64,000 nt of DNA from Candidatus Micrarchaeota archaeon (GTDB lineage: Archaea > Micrarchaeota > Micrarchaeia > Micrarchaeales > CABMGC01), in the NCBI GenBank assembly GCA_021797745.1, contig JAJZZD010000005.1, forward strand, positions 1,438 through 65,437. The letters run 5' to 3'. Positions 1-12,221 of the stretch are shown here, piece by piece. The notes below the pieces were generated by a model. The model saw only the letters and a list, made by a program, of their open reading frames with translations, made no database searches and was not told the DNA's origin. A program made the position numbers and the translations under genes. The first letter of the stretch is position 1; the number at the start of each line of letters is the position of its first letter.

Positions 1-216
1 GTCGGTCTCTATTATTATGCCGGCAACGTTGCTGTATATCTTCCCTGACGCCTTGTCGATTTCCTGCTTTGCCCTGTCAAGTTCTGACTTTTGCGCCTGG
101 AACTGGTCAAGCTGCATCGCAAGGGCGCGCAATTGCTCCTGCGCCATCTGATAGTCCCTTAGCAGTTTTTCCACTTCGTCCTCCTGCTGGTTTTGCATGT
201 TTTGAGATTGTGCCAT
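1..216 (-). CDS. pfdB: Prefoldin beta subunit, first 72 codons (gene continues past the left window edge)
   Basis: Manual reverse translation from the ATG at 216 gives MAQSQNMQNQQEDEVEKLLRDYQMAQEQLRALAMQLDQFQAQKSELDRAKQEIDKASGKIYSNVAGIIIETD. This is a coiled-coil followed by the (I/V)Y..VG..(I/L)(I/V) beta-hairpin motif typical of archaeal prefoldin beta. It is absent from the ORF track because no stop lies inside the window. Confidence 0.6.
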   Translation of the reverse strand, partial: MAQSQNMQNQQEDEVEKLLRDYQMAQEQLRALAMQLDQFQAQKSELDRAKQEIDKASGKIYSNVAGIIIETD

Positions 217-344
217 AAACTCATCTGGTTCGGCCGCATTGTTGCGTCCGATTGTAATTTACCATTATTGTAAGAAAAAGCTTTAAGGATGAGCGTGCAT
301 AAAGCCATGCAGTATACTCCGGGGCATTTGCCCAAGAGGCGGAC

Positions 345-1319
345 ATGAATAGTTTCAGTGACAAAGGCATAGGATTTACGCGCGCCATGGCGCTGTCGTT
401 ACTATCCTCCTTGTCCTTCGGCACATGGTTCATCATATCGATGAAAGCCATTGAGATTCAGACTCCGATGAACTACTTTGTGCTTATGCTGTTTTCTGTA
501 CTCGCCTTCTACAGCGCTTTTGAATATTTCCGGAAAAGGAAGATCGAATTACCAAGACCAAGGACTGTTGCGAATGGAATTCTATTCTCATTCTCTTTTG
601 CTCTTTTTTTATCAATAGTGAACGTATCGAACATAGTCATGCTTTCCGCGCTGACCACACTTAACGTGATAGTGTTCACAGCCATAAACTCGCTTCACCA
701 CAAGGAAGTTGTGAACGCAAAGGTAGTGGCCAAGTTATTCGTTGCTGCGATATTGATACTGGCTGCAGTAGAGGTAATCTATCTGTTCAATCAGCAGACG
801 GGATTCACTGCTTTGTCGCAAAATGATTTTGCGGTTGCGTTTGTCCTGATTTTTTCTTTCGGCGCATCAAATTATCTGCTATCGCACAACAGCAAAAGGA
901 CAACAAACGAAGAAAATTTCATGCTGTGGATCTTTGTGGTGTCGGCAACAGTCGCCATGATTGCCTTCATAGCATCAGGTGCAGGACTTCAGCTCAGCAG
1001 AGCGATAATAGCATATGCAGTTACGGGAGGTCTTGTCATGTTCATCAGCGTAGTCACTACCGTGTACAGCTACAGGTACATGAAAAACTACAAAGGAATA
1101 AGTAGATTTATAGGTACGAATGTGCTGTTTCTGGTGAGCGAGACCGATGTCATATTCATTTCAGGAATATATGCGGTTTTTGTCGGCGCCATAAACCCAG
1201 ATGTCATACTTTCGATATTGCTGATAGTGTGCGCGATGTTCATCGTTTCTACCATAGAGAATGAAAGAAACAGGAATATATTCGGTCGCAGAATAAGGAA
1301 ATTGAGAAAGTCATTATGA
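345..1319 (+). CDS. Polytopic membrane protein, EamA/DMT-like permease (about 10 TM)
   Basis: 324-aa ORF made almost entirely of hydrophobic helices arranged as two similar halves, with a basic C-terminal tail. The family assignment is by eye only. Confidence 0.5.
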   Translation: MNSFSDKGIGFTRAMALSLLSSLSFGTWFIISMKAIEIQTPMNYFVLMLFSVLAFYSAFEYFRKRKIELPRPRTVANGILFSFSFALFLSIVNVSNIVMLSALTTLNVIVFTAINSLHHKEVVNAKVVAKLFVAAILILAAVEVIYLFNQQTGFTALSQNDFAVAFVLIFSFGASNYLLSHNSKRTTNEENFMLWIFVVSATVAMIAFIASGAGLQLSRAIIAYAVTGGLVMFISVVTTVYSYRYMKNYKGISRFIGTNVLFLVSETDVIFISGIYAVFVGAINPDVILSILLIVCAMFIVSTIENERNRNIFGRRIRKLRKSL

Positions 1320-1423
1320 TAAGTTGCGCGTGGCAGCAGGCATTTAATAAATCTTTTTACAACAAATGTCAGATATCAATGATAAACGGCAATAGACAAC
1401 AAATAAGCGAATCAGGTAGTTGA

Positions 1424-1894
1424 ATGGCATTGAACGAATCGGAACTGATAGAAAAGGAAATCACGCTCAGAAACTTGAGGCTGCCAAAAGACGTTTTGGA
1501 AACAAAAAGGTCGATAGTCAGGTGGCTTGCGCTCTCGCTGGGCGTCTTGAATCCAGGCGAATCGCGCTTGAGCTCTCTTGCTGTATTTGACTCGCTACTT
1601 TATTTCCAGTTCACAAAAAAATCAGAGCCTTCGGTAACTGAACTTGTGGAATACATTAATAAGAACTGGGAAGAGATAAACGAAAAGACACTTAGATACC
1701 ATCTTCTTAGAATGAAGAAATCAGGGCTCGTGGAAAATTCACAAGGTAAATTTTACCTGAAACCGCCTGCGATTGGAGATAAATTTGACCCAGAAACCTG
1801 GGCAAAGAGCGTGTTCGAATCAGACTACAATGAGATTTCCAGCAAGGTTGGGGAAGCAATAAAAGAGTTGAGGAATAAAACTATAGAGGCATGA
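1424..1894 (+). CDS. Winged-helix DNA-binding protein (putative transcriptional regulator)
   Basis: ATG start. The segment TLRYHLLRMKKSGLVENSQGKFYLK looks like a recognition helix plus wing of an ArsR/MarR-type wHTH. Confidence 0.45.
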   Translation: MALNESELIEKEITLRNLRLPKDVLETKRSIVRWLALSLGVLNPGESRLSSLAVFDSLLYFQFTKKSEPSVTELVEYINKNWEEINEKTLRYHLLRMKKSGLVENSQGKFYLKPPAIGDKFDPETWAKSVFESDYNEISSKVGEAIKELRNKTIEA

Positions 1895-1903
1895 GGTGAA
1901 TTC

Positions 1904-3541
1904 GTGAAGCGCGAAATTTATGTTTGGATAGCAGTATTTGCCATCATTTTCGTGGCGGCCCTTTACTGGAAGTATCTTTACGCGCCTCAGCTCAGCATTT
2001 CGCTCGAGGCCCAAAACCTGAGCAACTCGACTTTTTATCCTTATCAGAGAGTATCTCTACCAGTCACAGTGTCTGACACTGGCCAAAGCCCGATAGAGAA
2101 CATGAGTATAGGTCTTTACAAGAATGATAACCTCACGCTGCTTTACAAAGTCACCTTGCCGGCTGGCAAGCAGACAACAGTCTACTACAACTTCAGCCCG
2201 ACTGCGCCAGGCGCTTATTCTTTTTCTTTCATAGCAGACCCAGGAAAGCTTTATAACATAGCAAACAGAGCGCAGGCCGAAACAAAGTATAACATAACTG
2301 TTCTTTCTCCGCAGAACGCAAGCGAATACGAGAATGTCAGTCCTGAGAACACAATATATTACGGAACTTACAGTTTTGGTCCCGCGGGGCTGCCTTATGC
2401 GCTGTATCTGGATGAGCAGTATGCGATAGCCCCGACTGCACTCAGCCAGATGACTGATTTCAATTCTTTCCTTTACCCGCTTCTTAATCTGACTTCTACT
2501 TACATTGAAAACACATCTGCGACATATGCAGTATACCCACATAGCTCAGAGGCTGCCATATGGTTGCTCGGCTATCTTTCACCAGGCACAATAGGCGTAG
2601 CTGCACAGGGAGCAGGATACAATGTTTCATACGTTGAAAACGGGTCTAAAAATTTCACTTTGGTCAGGCTGTCAAACACAACCACGGTATGCAGCACCTA
2701 CTCGCGCGGATGGCTAAAGCTTTTTGCATATCATGGCAATGAGACGTGCGTTTCCGCGCTGTCGCAGCAGCGGGGAGAACCGGCATACGCGCAGAACCTG
2801 AGCGACCTGAACAGCACCATTACGGCAAGAAACAAAACAATAGGAAGAGTTGCATATACAGTAGGCACGAAGACCAGCATAGGAACGCTTTCTGTGCTCA
2901 ATAACTCAATCCTGTTAAGCAGCATAACCAAAGGCGAGGTGTCGCCTAACAGCACATGCCTCGGCATAATAAGCGCAGTAGGCAACGTCAGCTTCTGCAG
3001 CAGATACATTCTGAACGTTTCCCAGCTCACTTCCAACTCGCCGAAACTGACAAATGAATTTGCATTAATACGCACCACTGCATACATAGGAAATGAGAAC
3101 GCAAGCGTGTTTTCACTGGTTAACGGGTCACAAATCCTCAACCAAGTACAAAACAACATAAACACAATAAAAAAGTTTAATCTAACTGGAAAATCTATGC
3201 AGTTCACATTGCTGACCAACAGCTGCCAGTTCAACAGCGCATTCTCATGCGCTAATGCGACATATCTGAATGGCACACTTTCCGTAACATTGACAAATCT
3301 GCTGAACAGTAGCGTGAAAATCGACAGCTTCGGCTGCTATAGGTACCCTCCGCTTGTGAACCTGCCAGTAGGCCACACTGTCGCAAAGAACGCGAAGATA
3401 AACGTGCAGACATACTGCTACAGCCTGGACAAGCCCTTGAACGGAATAGCATACAACCTGCACCTAAATCTGGCCATGAATTACACAGTAGGAAATGTTG
3501 TCAACAGCACTGAAGGCAGCGCATACATACAACTAGGGTGA
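1904..3541 (+). CDS. Secreted/surface-anchored protein extremely rich in N-glycosylation sequons
   Basis: GTG start 4 nt after a Shine-Dalgarno-like AGGTGA (1894-1899). N-terminal signal anchor MKREIYVWIAVFAIIFVAALYW. About 30 N-x-S/T sequons by manual count, and many Cys. No enzymatic motif recognised. Confidence 0.7.
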   Translation: MKREIYVWIAVFAIIFVAALYWKYLYAPQLSISLEAQNLSNSTFYPYQRVSLPVTVSDTGQSPIENMSIGLYKNDNLTLLYKVTLPAGKQTTVYYNFSPTAPGAYSFSFIADPGKLYNIANRAQAETKYNITVLSPQNASEYENVSPENTIYYGTYSFGPAGLPYALYLDEQYAIAPTALSQMTDFNSFLYPLLNLTSTYIENTSATYAVYPHSSEAAIWLLGYLSPGTIGVAAQGAGYNVSYVENGSKNFTLVRLSNTTTVCSTYSRGWLKLFAYHGNETCVSALSQQRGEPAYAQNLSDLNSTITARNKTIGRVAYTVGTKTSIGTLSVLNNSILLSSITKGEVSPNSTCLGIISAVGNVSFCSRYILNVSQLTSNSPKLTNEFALIRTTAYIGNENASVFSLVNGSQILNQVQNNINTIKKFNLTGKSMQFTLLTNSCQFNSAFSCANATYLNGTLSVTLTNLLNSSVKIDSFGCYRYPPLVNLPVGHTVAKNAKINVQTYCYSLDKPLNGIAYNLHLNLAMNYTVGNVVNSTEGSAYIQLG

Positions 3542-3542
3542 A

Positions 3543-6314
3543 ATGCTGATATTTGCCTACGACTCGTTCCTGAAAAAATACGGCAGCTTCACCGCCATAC
3601 AAAACATAGCGATACCAATAGTGGAGAGCGGGAAAAACTGCCTCATAATAGCGCATACAGGTAGCGGAAAAACAGAGGCTGCATTCCTTCCTACGCTGAA
3701 AAGACTCGCTGATTCGAAAAACAGAGACAAAGGAATACTCGCGCTTTACATAACGCCGCTGAGGGCGCTAAACAGAGACATAATCAAAAGAATGCAGTCG
3801 ATATCCGAGGAGTCTGGATTCAGCATATCTGTAAGGCATGGCGACACGCCGCAGAGCGAGAGACAGAAACAGGTCAGGAACCCGCCGCATATCATCATAA
3901 CAACCCCTGAGAGCCTGCAGAGCATGTTCCTGTCTCCTAGACTGAGAAGCGCATTCAGGAATCTGAAAGCTGTGATAATCGACGAGCTGCACGAACTTTA
4001 TTCAAACAAGAGAGGGGCGCAGCTTGCAGTTGCACTTGAAAGGCTTGAGGAGTTGGCTGAAAATTACCAAAGGATAGGAATAAGCGCAACAATAGGGAAT
4101 ATCGATAGCGCAAGGGAATTGCTTTGCCCGAATCGTGAATGCGTTGTTGCAAACCTGGCAAAGGGCAAGGAAATAGCAGTAAGCGTGGAGATGCCTGACA
4201 AGCCAAAGTCAGAGCACAGGGAATTCGAGAAAAAATTTGAGCTTGACCTGCAGTCTGCGGCAAGAATAGAAAGGATTGCCGAGCTGATAAAAGGCTCGGA
4301 ATCGGCGCTCGTGTTCGCGAATACCAGGCAGGAGGTGGAATCATTGGGAAGTAAGCTCATTTACTACAACAAACAGGAGCCTTTCGGCGGCATAGCGGTT
4401 CATCACGGCTCGCTCGACAAGCTGGAAAGAATAAAAGTGGAAAACGCGTTCAAGAGCAAGGAAATACGCAGCATAATAGCGACTAGCTCGCTGGAACTGG
4501 GGATAGACATAGGAAGCGTGAATATGGTAGTTCAGTACGGCTCCCCTAGGCAGGCAATAAGGCTCGCACAAAGGATAGGAAGAGGCGGCCACAGTGAAAA
4601 AGAAGTGTCTGCAGGAAAGATAATTGTCGGAAACCCGATTGATGCGCTTGAATCTCTGAGCATAGCCGAGCAGGTAAGGAAGGGCGAAATTGAGAAGCAG
4701 GATATAGAAAGTCATGCCATGGATGTGCTCGCAAACCAGCTGTGTGCGCTAGCGCTCGAATACAAGGAAATAAGCAAAGACAAGGCATTCCAAATAATTA
4801 AGCGCGCAGCGCCTTATAGAAATTTGACAGCCGAAGAATTTAAACGGCTGCTTGAGTTCGTCGCTGGATTGCAGATAATCAGGATTGGAAACGACAGGAT
4901 AGCAGTCGGGTCCAGGGGAAGAAGCTATTTCTACAGCAACATAAGCGTGATACCGGAAACCTACAGCTACTATGTAAAGGATGCAATAAGCAACAAGACA
5001 GTCGCCACGCTGGATGAGCGCTTCGTGTCGAGCTATCTCGACGAGGGTGCGTCGTTCATAGCAAAAGGCACGCCGTGGAAGGTGACGAGCATAGAAGAGG
5101 AAACGGTATATGCAGAACCAAGCACAGACCTCGAGGCTGCAATACCTGACTGGAAAGGCGAGGAAATACCTGTAACGTACGAAACAGCACAGCATGTGTT
5201 TGACTTCTTCGGAAAAGGGATAAGCAAGGAAGACGCCAAGCTTATGGATGCAAACGCAAATCAAAAGGCAGGCTCTTTGATCAAGAGGCAAAATGCGTTT
5301 TTCGAAAAGTCCAGGGGCAGAGTTCTCATTGAAGAAACCGAAAAATATGCCTTGATTTATTTGCCTCTCGGCAACAAAGCAAATGAATTCATAGCCAGGA
5401 TGATTTCATACATCTTATCTGCAACAGGAAATCAGGGCATAACTGCGCGAGCTACGCCATATCTCATAACTTTGGATTATTCAGAGTCCAGGAAAAGTCC
5501 GAACCTGGAACGGATAATGGATTCGCTCAAAACGATAGACATCGCAGTGCAGAAAAGGAATTTCGTGATAAATTCTGAGCTTTTCAGGTACAAGTTCCTT
5601 CAGGTAGCGAAACTTTTCGGAATAGTTGAAAAGAAGGCGAAGATGACAAGGAGCAATTCCCTCAAGCTCGTTGACTTCTACAAGGATTCCGTTGTGGCAG
5701 AAGAAACGCTGAGGGATTTGGAGAAAAATTATTTTGACATAAAGGTGGTTGAAAAATTCTTAAGCAATATGCGAAACGCTGGCATAGAAGTCGCTGTCAT
5801 ACGCGGCTTTGTGTCGCCGCTTGGCGAAGAGATACTCCGCGCAAACTACAACTACCGTGAATTCCTCTTATCCACAGCCCCTGCTGAAGAAGAACTGAAG
5901 GAATTCGAGAGGCATGCAATAGGAGAAACTGCGGAATTGCTTTGCACATACTGCGGTTTTGAGTTCAGCAAAAAGATAGAAAACTACGATGAGGGTAAAA
6001 TATCGTGTCATTCATGCAAAAGCCCCATGGTGTGCATGTTCACAGAGGACAGGAAGGAAATAATAGAAAAGCGGCTCGCAGGAAAAAAGCTCAGCGAAAA
6101 AGAGCAGGAAGCATATGAAAACATGGTAAAGGAAACTGGATTAGTAGAAGCATACGGCAATCGCGCACTGATTGCGCTGTCGACATACGGCATAGGGCTT
6201 GTTTCTGCGGCTCGCGCGCTGAGGATGCTGAGAAGAAACAAGCTGCAGTTCTACACTGATTTGATAGAAGCACAGAAGAATTTCATAAGAACGAAGAAAT
6301 TCTGGAAAAAATAG
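3543..6314 (+). CDS. lhr: Lhr-type superfamily-2 DEAD/DEAH-box helicase with C-terminal zinc ribbon
   Basis: Motif I AHTGSGKTEAAFLP, motif II DELH, motif VI QRIGRGGH. Its length (923 aa) and the C-terminal CTYC...CHSC ribbon fit archaeal Lhr-like helicases. The ATG lies 1 nt after the upstream TGA. Confidence 0.85.
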   Translation: MLIFAYDSFLKKYGSFTAIQNIAIPIVESGKNCLIIAHTGSGKTEAAFLPTLKRLADSKNRDKGILALYITPLRALNRDIIKRMQSISEESGFSISVRHGDTPQSERQKQVRNPPHIIITTPESLQSMFLSPRLRSAFRNLKAVIIDELHELYSNKRGAQLAVALERLEELAENYQRIGISATIGNIDSARELLCPNRECVVANLAKGKEIAVSVEMPDKPKSEHREFEKKFELDLQSAARIERIAELIKGSESALVFANTRQEVESLGSKLIYYNKQEPFGGIAVHHGSLDKLERIKVENAFKSKEIRSIIATSSLELGIDIGSVNMVVQYGSPRQAIRLAQRIGRGGHSEKEVSAGKIIVGNPIDALESLSIAEQVRKGEIEKQDIESHAMDVLANQLCALALEYKEISKDKAFQIIKRAAPYRNLTAEEFKRLLEFVAGLQIIRIGNDRIAVGSRGRSYFYSNISVIPETYSYYVKDAISNKTVATLDERFVSSYLDEGASFIAKGTPWKVTSIEEETVYAEPSTDLEAAIPDWKGEEIPVTYETAQHVFDFFGKGISKEDAKLMDANANQKAGSLIKRQNAFFEKSRGRVLIEETEKYALIYLPLGNKANEFIARMISYILSATGNQGITARATPYLITLDYSESRKSPNLERIMDSLKTIDIAVQKRNFVINSELFRYKFLQVAKLFGIVEKKAKMTRSNSLKLVDFYKDSVVAEETLRDLEKNYFDIKVVEKFLSNMRNAGIEVAVIRGFVSPLGEEILRANYNYREFLLSTAPAEEELKEFERHAIGETAELLCTYCGFEFSKKIENYDEGKISCHSCKSPMVCMFTEDRKEIIEKRLAGKKLSEKEQEAYENMVKETGLVEAYGNRALIALSTYGIGLVSAARALRMLRRNKLQFYTDLIEAQKNFIRTKKFWKK

Positions 6315-6385
6315 GGCTTGTATTTGGAATAAAAAGTTGAATGCTGATACGTTTAACTGCAGCACTTGCGCTTCAAGTTGAATTC

Positions 6386-7708
6386 ATGAAATTACAGGTG
6401 CCACGCAAATTAAACAAGATAGTGGTAGTTGAGCTTGCCCTTCTGGCACTTCTGATTGTTTACGACCTTGAAATAATAAGCATGTACGGCAGCACATGGG
6501 ACAATAGTGCCAGCTACTTCAACACGCTAACCATGCTCGGTCGATCTTCGTACTACGAAATGCTAAGGGAGCCGCTAGTGCAGTTCTTCATGCTGCCATT
6601 TGCATTTCTCACGCAGAATTTCTACGTGACAGTGGAAGCTGTTTCGGTGCTGCTGACTGTTCTTTTCTTTTTTGCGGTAAAAAAGCTTGCACACGCCCTG
6701 AAAGTCAAGGGAGCAAGTTTGTATTTAGTGGCAGTTACAGGCATAGTCATAGGATTCATGACGCTGCTGAATCTGGCTGATATTCTCGGCGCCACGCTCG
6801 TCATACTTGCCCTTGCATACTACTACGAAGGCAAAAACATTGAAAGTAGCATAATGTTCGGGCTGTCTTTCCTTGCAAAATTCACCAACCTGATATTCAT
6901 TTTCTATCTTCCGTTCATATTCAGGAAAAAGGAGCTTGCCAGGTCTTTGGCAATAGTGTTTTTGGTGAATCTGCCGTGGTTCGCAGTGAATTATGCGCTG
7001 TTCGGCAACCCGTTTTATGGATATATGCAGGCGAACCAGATTTTCTCTTCACTGCATACTGTTAACTTGACTCAGTTAGGTGCTGCGCTGTTGTCGCTGT
7101 TCGTGCTTAACTATCAGTTCATAATTGTGTTCTGCGTAATTGCAGTAGCATTGCACAGCATATCGCAAGTGTTGAAAAAATATGCCGCTAGGCTAGATGT
7201 GCGGGATTATTCGTTAATGGCAGTTGCATTCGTGGAATTTTTATACGTTGGGAGTGCACAAAATTTCGTAGCATGGCTCGGCTATCCTGTTTTCATAGCG
7301 TTTCTTGTACCTACTGCAAAATTGCTCAGCGCGTATCAGAATGACAGGAAAACAGCAGGATATGTCAATGCAGCTGCTGCATTTGCGGCGTTCTCGCTGG
7401 TCATAGCTTCGATGATGTTTGCTGGCCTGCCGTACGGCCCAGGCATGGTTAAACCTGCCGGCTTCTCTAAAATGCCAGCATACCCGCAGTCTATTTTAGC
7501 TGCGCACACGTTGAACTGCACCAATATATACTCGAACGCGTGGCCGTATCTAATGATTTACAATCAATCAGTTAAGTCTGTGTTCGGCGGCCAGATACCT
7601 GACGGCGCATGCGTAATAATGTTCAACGAAAGCATAGGAACAGTATTCAATACAGGAAACATGTCGCTCTTGCATGCGAACGGAAATTTTTCAATATTCA
7701 TGAAATGA
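6386..7708 (+). CDS. Polytopic membrane protein, GT-C-fold glycosyltransferase-like (ArnT/PMT-like)
   Basis: Basic N-terminus MKLQVPRKLNK followed by more than 10 hydrophobic helices, with an acidic first loop (YDLEIISMYGSTWD) and a sequon-bearing C-terminal soluble part. An alternative ATG at 6341 is possible. The function is a guess from architecture. Confidence 0.4.
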   Translation: MKLQVPRKLNKIVVVELALLALLIVYDLEIISMYGSTWDNSASYFNTLTMLGRSSYYEMLREPLVQFFMLPFAFLTQNFYVTVEAVSVLLTVLFFFAVKKLAHALKVKGASLYLVAVTGIVIGFMTLLNLADILGATLVILALAYYYEGKNIESSIMFGLSFLAKFTNLIFIFYLPFIFRKKELARSLAIVFLVNLPWFAVNYALFGNPFYGYMQANQIFSSLHTVNLTQLGAALLSLFVLNYQFIIVFCVIAVALHSISQVLKKYAARLDVRDYSLMAVAFVEFLYVGSAQNFVAWLGYPVFIAFLVPTAKLLSAYQNDRKTAGYVNAAAAFAAFSLVIASMMFAGLPYGPGMVKPAGFSKMPAYPQSILAAHTLNCTNIYSNAWPYLMIYNQSVKSVFGGQIPDGACVIMFNESIGTVFNTGNMSLLHANGNFSIFMK

Positions 7709-7719
7709 TGTCGAAATTA

Positions 7720-10113
7720 TTAGGCAAGCAGTCTCGCATCTATTATCTTCGCCCCCGGTTCTACTTTCATCAGCCTGACCCCGCTTGCCGCCCTGCCCGT
7801 TATCCTTATCGAAGCAATTGGTATTTCTATACTTATTCCTTTTGAATTGAGCAGGAGCAGCTTCTGCTCATTCTTTATGAACAGCGCCTTTGCCACTGGT
7901 CCTGTTTTCTCGTTTACCTTCAGATTAATCACACCAGACCCTCCTCTGCCCTGAACCCTGTATTCTTTTATGTCTGTTATTTTTCCGTAGCCTTTTTCTG
8001 ATACAGTGAGTATGCTTCCGGTATCTGCAGACGCTATGATGTTCTTCGCTTCATCTCCGCTCTTCAGCCGTATGCCGCGCACCCCTGCTGATGTTCTTCC
8101 GGTGAACCTTACGTTTGCCTCGCTGAACTGAACTGATTTGCCGTTCTTTGATACGGCTGCAAGATACGGTTCGGTAGTGTAAACTATTGTATCGGCTATG
8201 CTGTCGCCTTCGTTCAGCGTTATTGCGCGCACGCCGCCGGCCCTTGGGTGCGAGAACAGCACCGCATCCAGCTTTTTGACAAGCCCTTTTGCAGTTAGGA
8301 ATCCTATTTTCGTTTTTTCAAACTGCTTTATGTTGAACATGCCTACTATGTTTTCGTTTTCCAGTCTGAGCAGATTGGCTATCGCCCTGCCATCAGAATA
8401 TCGTGAGCCCTCCGGCACGTTATATGCCTTGAGCCAGTAGATGCGGCCCTGATTGGAAACACAGATTATGAAATCCTTGTTCCTTGCAGTTACTACCTGC
8501 TTTACGAAATCGCCTTCCTTGAGGTTTATTGCTATGATTCCCTTTCCGCCGCGGTCCTGTTCCTTGTAGCTGCCTGTGCTCATCCTTTTCACGTAGCCTG
8601 AATTTGTCAGGAGTATTGTCACGGGCTCATCGCTTATCAGGTCTTCGTCCTGTATTTCCGCTTCCTCGTCGCTGAAAACAAGCTCCGTTTTTCTTTCCCT
8701 GCCGTATTTTTTCTTTATTTCATTAGTTTCGTCTTTTATTATCTGGTCTATTTTGCTCTGATCCGCAAGAACACCTGTATAATAAGCGATTTCCTTCTCG
8801 AGATCTGACTTTTCCTTGCTGAGCGTATCGTTCTCGAGGCGCGTGAGCTTGCTGAGCTTCATGTCAAGTATTGAATTGGCCTGTTTCTCGCTTAGTGAGA
8901 AATTTGCCATGAGCTTGTTCCTTGCCTCACCCACTTCCTTGCTTTCCCTTATGTTTTTTATTATGTCGTCTATCTTGGTTATCGCGATTAGCAGACCATG
9001 TACTATGTGAAGCCTGTCCTTCGCGATATTCAGTTGATACGTACTTCTCTTTGTCACTATTTCGCGCCGGTAGGTTATGAATGTATTAAGCATCTGCAAA
9101 ATGTTGAAGCTTCTTAGGCTTTTGCCGATTACTGCGAGGTTTATTATAGGGAAAGTCAACTCTGCCTGGGTGTGCTTGTAAATCAGATTCAGAATCTGCT
9201 GCTGCTCAGCATCTTCCTTTAGGTCTATTACCACCTTTATCCCTGCCTTACCGCTCTCGTCCCGTATGTCCCTTATTCCTATTATTTTCTTCTCCCTTAC
9301 CGAATCAGCTATCTTTCTTATCATCGCCGACTTGTTGACGTTGTAAGGCAGCTCTGTGAAAATTATCTTTTTGCCATTGCTCAAATCTGCTTTTGCGCGA
9401 ATTGTCAGCTGGCCACGGCCAAGCCGGTAACCGTTAAGCGCTGCTCCAGACATTATGGCGGTTCCTCCGGTGGGGAAGTCAGGCCCTTTGATGATTTGCA
9501 GTATGTCGTCAACAGTTGCATCTTTGTTGTCAAGGACATGCACTATTGCAGAACAAACCTCTGATAAATTGTGTGGAGGTATGCTTGTTGCAACACCTAC
9601 TGCAATTCCGGATGATCCGTTGACAAGCAGGTTAGGTATTTTTGAAGGCAAAATTACTGGTTCTTTTTCGGTGTTGTCGAAGTTAGGAACAAAGTCCACT
9701 GTCTCTTTATCCAAATCGGCAAGCATCTCCTCTGCCATTTTTGTCAGGCGCACTTCAGTGTATCTCATCGCTGCAGGTGGATCTCCGTCTCGCGAACCAA
9801 AATTTCCCTGACCTTCTACAAGTGTGTGATTCATGGAAAAATCCTGAGCCATCCTGACAAGCGCGTCATAAACGGCGATGTCTCCGTGAGGGTGGAATTT
9901 GCCAATAGTATTTCCCACCACTCGCGCGCTTTTTTTAGTGGGCTGATCGTGCGTGTTGTTTAAGTCATACATAGAGTAAAGGATACGTCTTTGTGCCGGC
10001 TTAAGCCCGTCGCGTGCGTCAGGAATCGCCCTCCCTATGATTACGCTCATTGCATAATCAAGATAGCTGTTCTGCAATTCATCTTCAAGCAGTGCGGGCG
10101 TTATGTTTTGCAT
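7720..10113 (-). CDS. gyrA: DNA gyrase subunit A
   Basis: 797 aa. N-terminus LEDELQNSYLDYAMSVIIGRAIPDARDGLKPAQRRILY with the active-site region AAMRYTE, plus C-terminal beta-pinwheel repeats. Confidence 0.97.
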   Translation of the reverse strand: MQNITPALLEDELQNSYLDYAMSVIIGRAIPDARDGLKPAQRRILYSMYDLNNTHDQPTKKSARVVGNTIGKFHPHGDIAVYDALVRMAQDFSMNHTLVEGQGNFGSRDGDPPAAMRYTEVRLTKMAEEMLADLDKETVDFVPNFDNTEKEPVILPSKIPNLLVNGSSGIAVGVATSIPPHNLSEVCSAIVHVLDNKDATVDDILQIIKGPDFPTGGTAIMSGAALNGYRLGRGQLTIRAKADLSNGKKIIFTELPYNVNKSAMIRKIADSVREKKIIGIRDIRDESGKAGIKVVIDLKEDAEQQQILNLIYKHTQAELTFPIINLAVIGKSLRSFNILQMLNTFITYRREIVTKRSTYQLNIAKDRLHIVHGLLIAITKIDDIIKNIRESKEVGEARNKLMANFSLSEKQANSILDMKLSKLTRLENDTLSKEKSDLEKEIAYYTGVLADQSKIDQIIKDETNEIKKKYGRERKTELVFSDEEAEIQDEDLISDEPVTILLTNSGYVKRMSTGSYKEQDRGGKGIIAINLKEGDFVKQVVTARNKDFIICVSNQGRIYWLKAYNVPEGSRYSDGRAIANLLRLENENIVGMFNIKQFEKTKIGFLTAKGLVKKLDAVLFSHPRAGGVRAITLNEGDSIADTIVYTTEPYLAAVSKNGKSVQFSEANVRFTGRTSAGVRGIRLKSGDEAKNIIASADTGSILTVSEKGYGKITDIKEYRVQGRGGSGVINLKVNEKTGPVAKALFIKNEQKLLLLNSKGISIEIPIASIRITGRAASGVRLMKVEPGAKIIDARLLA

Positions 10114-10132
10114 GAAATATCATCGCTATTTT

Positions 10133-12093
<1,961 letters not shown>

Positions 12094-12116
12094 GTTTTTA
12101 AAGGTTTGCCGGCTGT

Positions 12117-12140
12117 TTTGTCGTCGAACATTTGTCGTCG
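12117..12140 (+). promoter_or_regulatory. Direct repeat TTTGTCGTCG x2 separated by AACA
   Basis: Exact 10-nt copies at 12117-12126 and 12131-12140, about 80 nt upstream of the ATG at 12222. Candidate transcription-factor site. Confidence 0.3.
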
Positions 12141-12221
12141 TACAATCAGAGAAAGCGACAATATGCAAAAGTTAGGCAGTACAGCGTAAAAACATATGCC
12201 GCACATTATTATTGTGAGTTT

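Noticed and set aside
221-451. 76-aa minus-strand ORF between prefoldin and the DMT-like gene
   Set aside because: It overlaps the start of the well-supported membrane-protein ORF on the other strand and has no recognisable features. It is probably spurious.
1904-1990. Class III (type IV pilin-like) signal peptide on the sequon-rich protein as a substrate of the A24 peptidase at 29676-30536
   Set aside because: The N-terminus MKRE-IYVW lacks the small residue (G/A/S) at the -1 position that is expected before the hydrophobic stretch.
12132-12221. TTG-initiated 30-codon N-terminal extension of the COG2403-like protein (and similar track extensions at 13801, 25449, 27341, 27442, 28714, 30552, 32602, 33410)
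   Set aside because: The extensions have non-protein-like sequences and precede an in-frame ATG that gives a conventional N-terminus. Starts were moved to the ATG; 13801 is kept as an alternative because of the TATA spacing.
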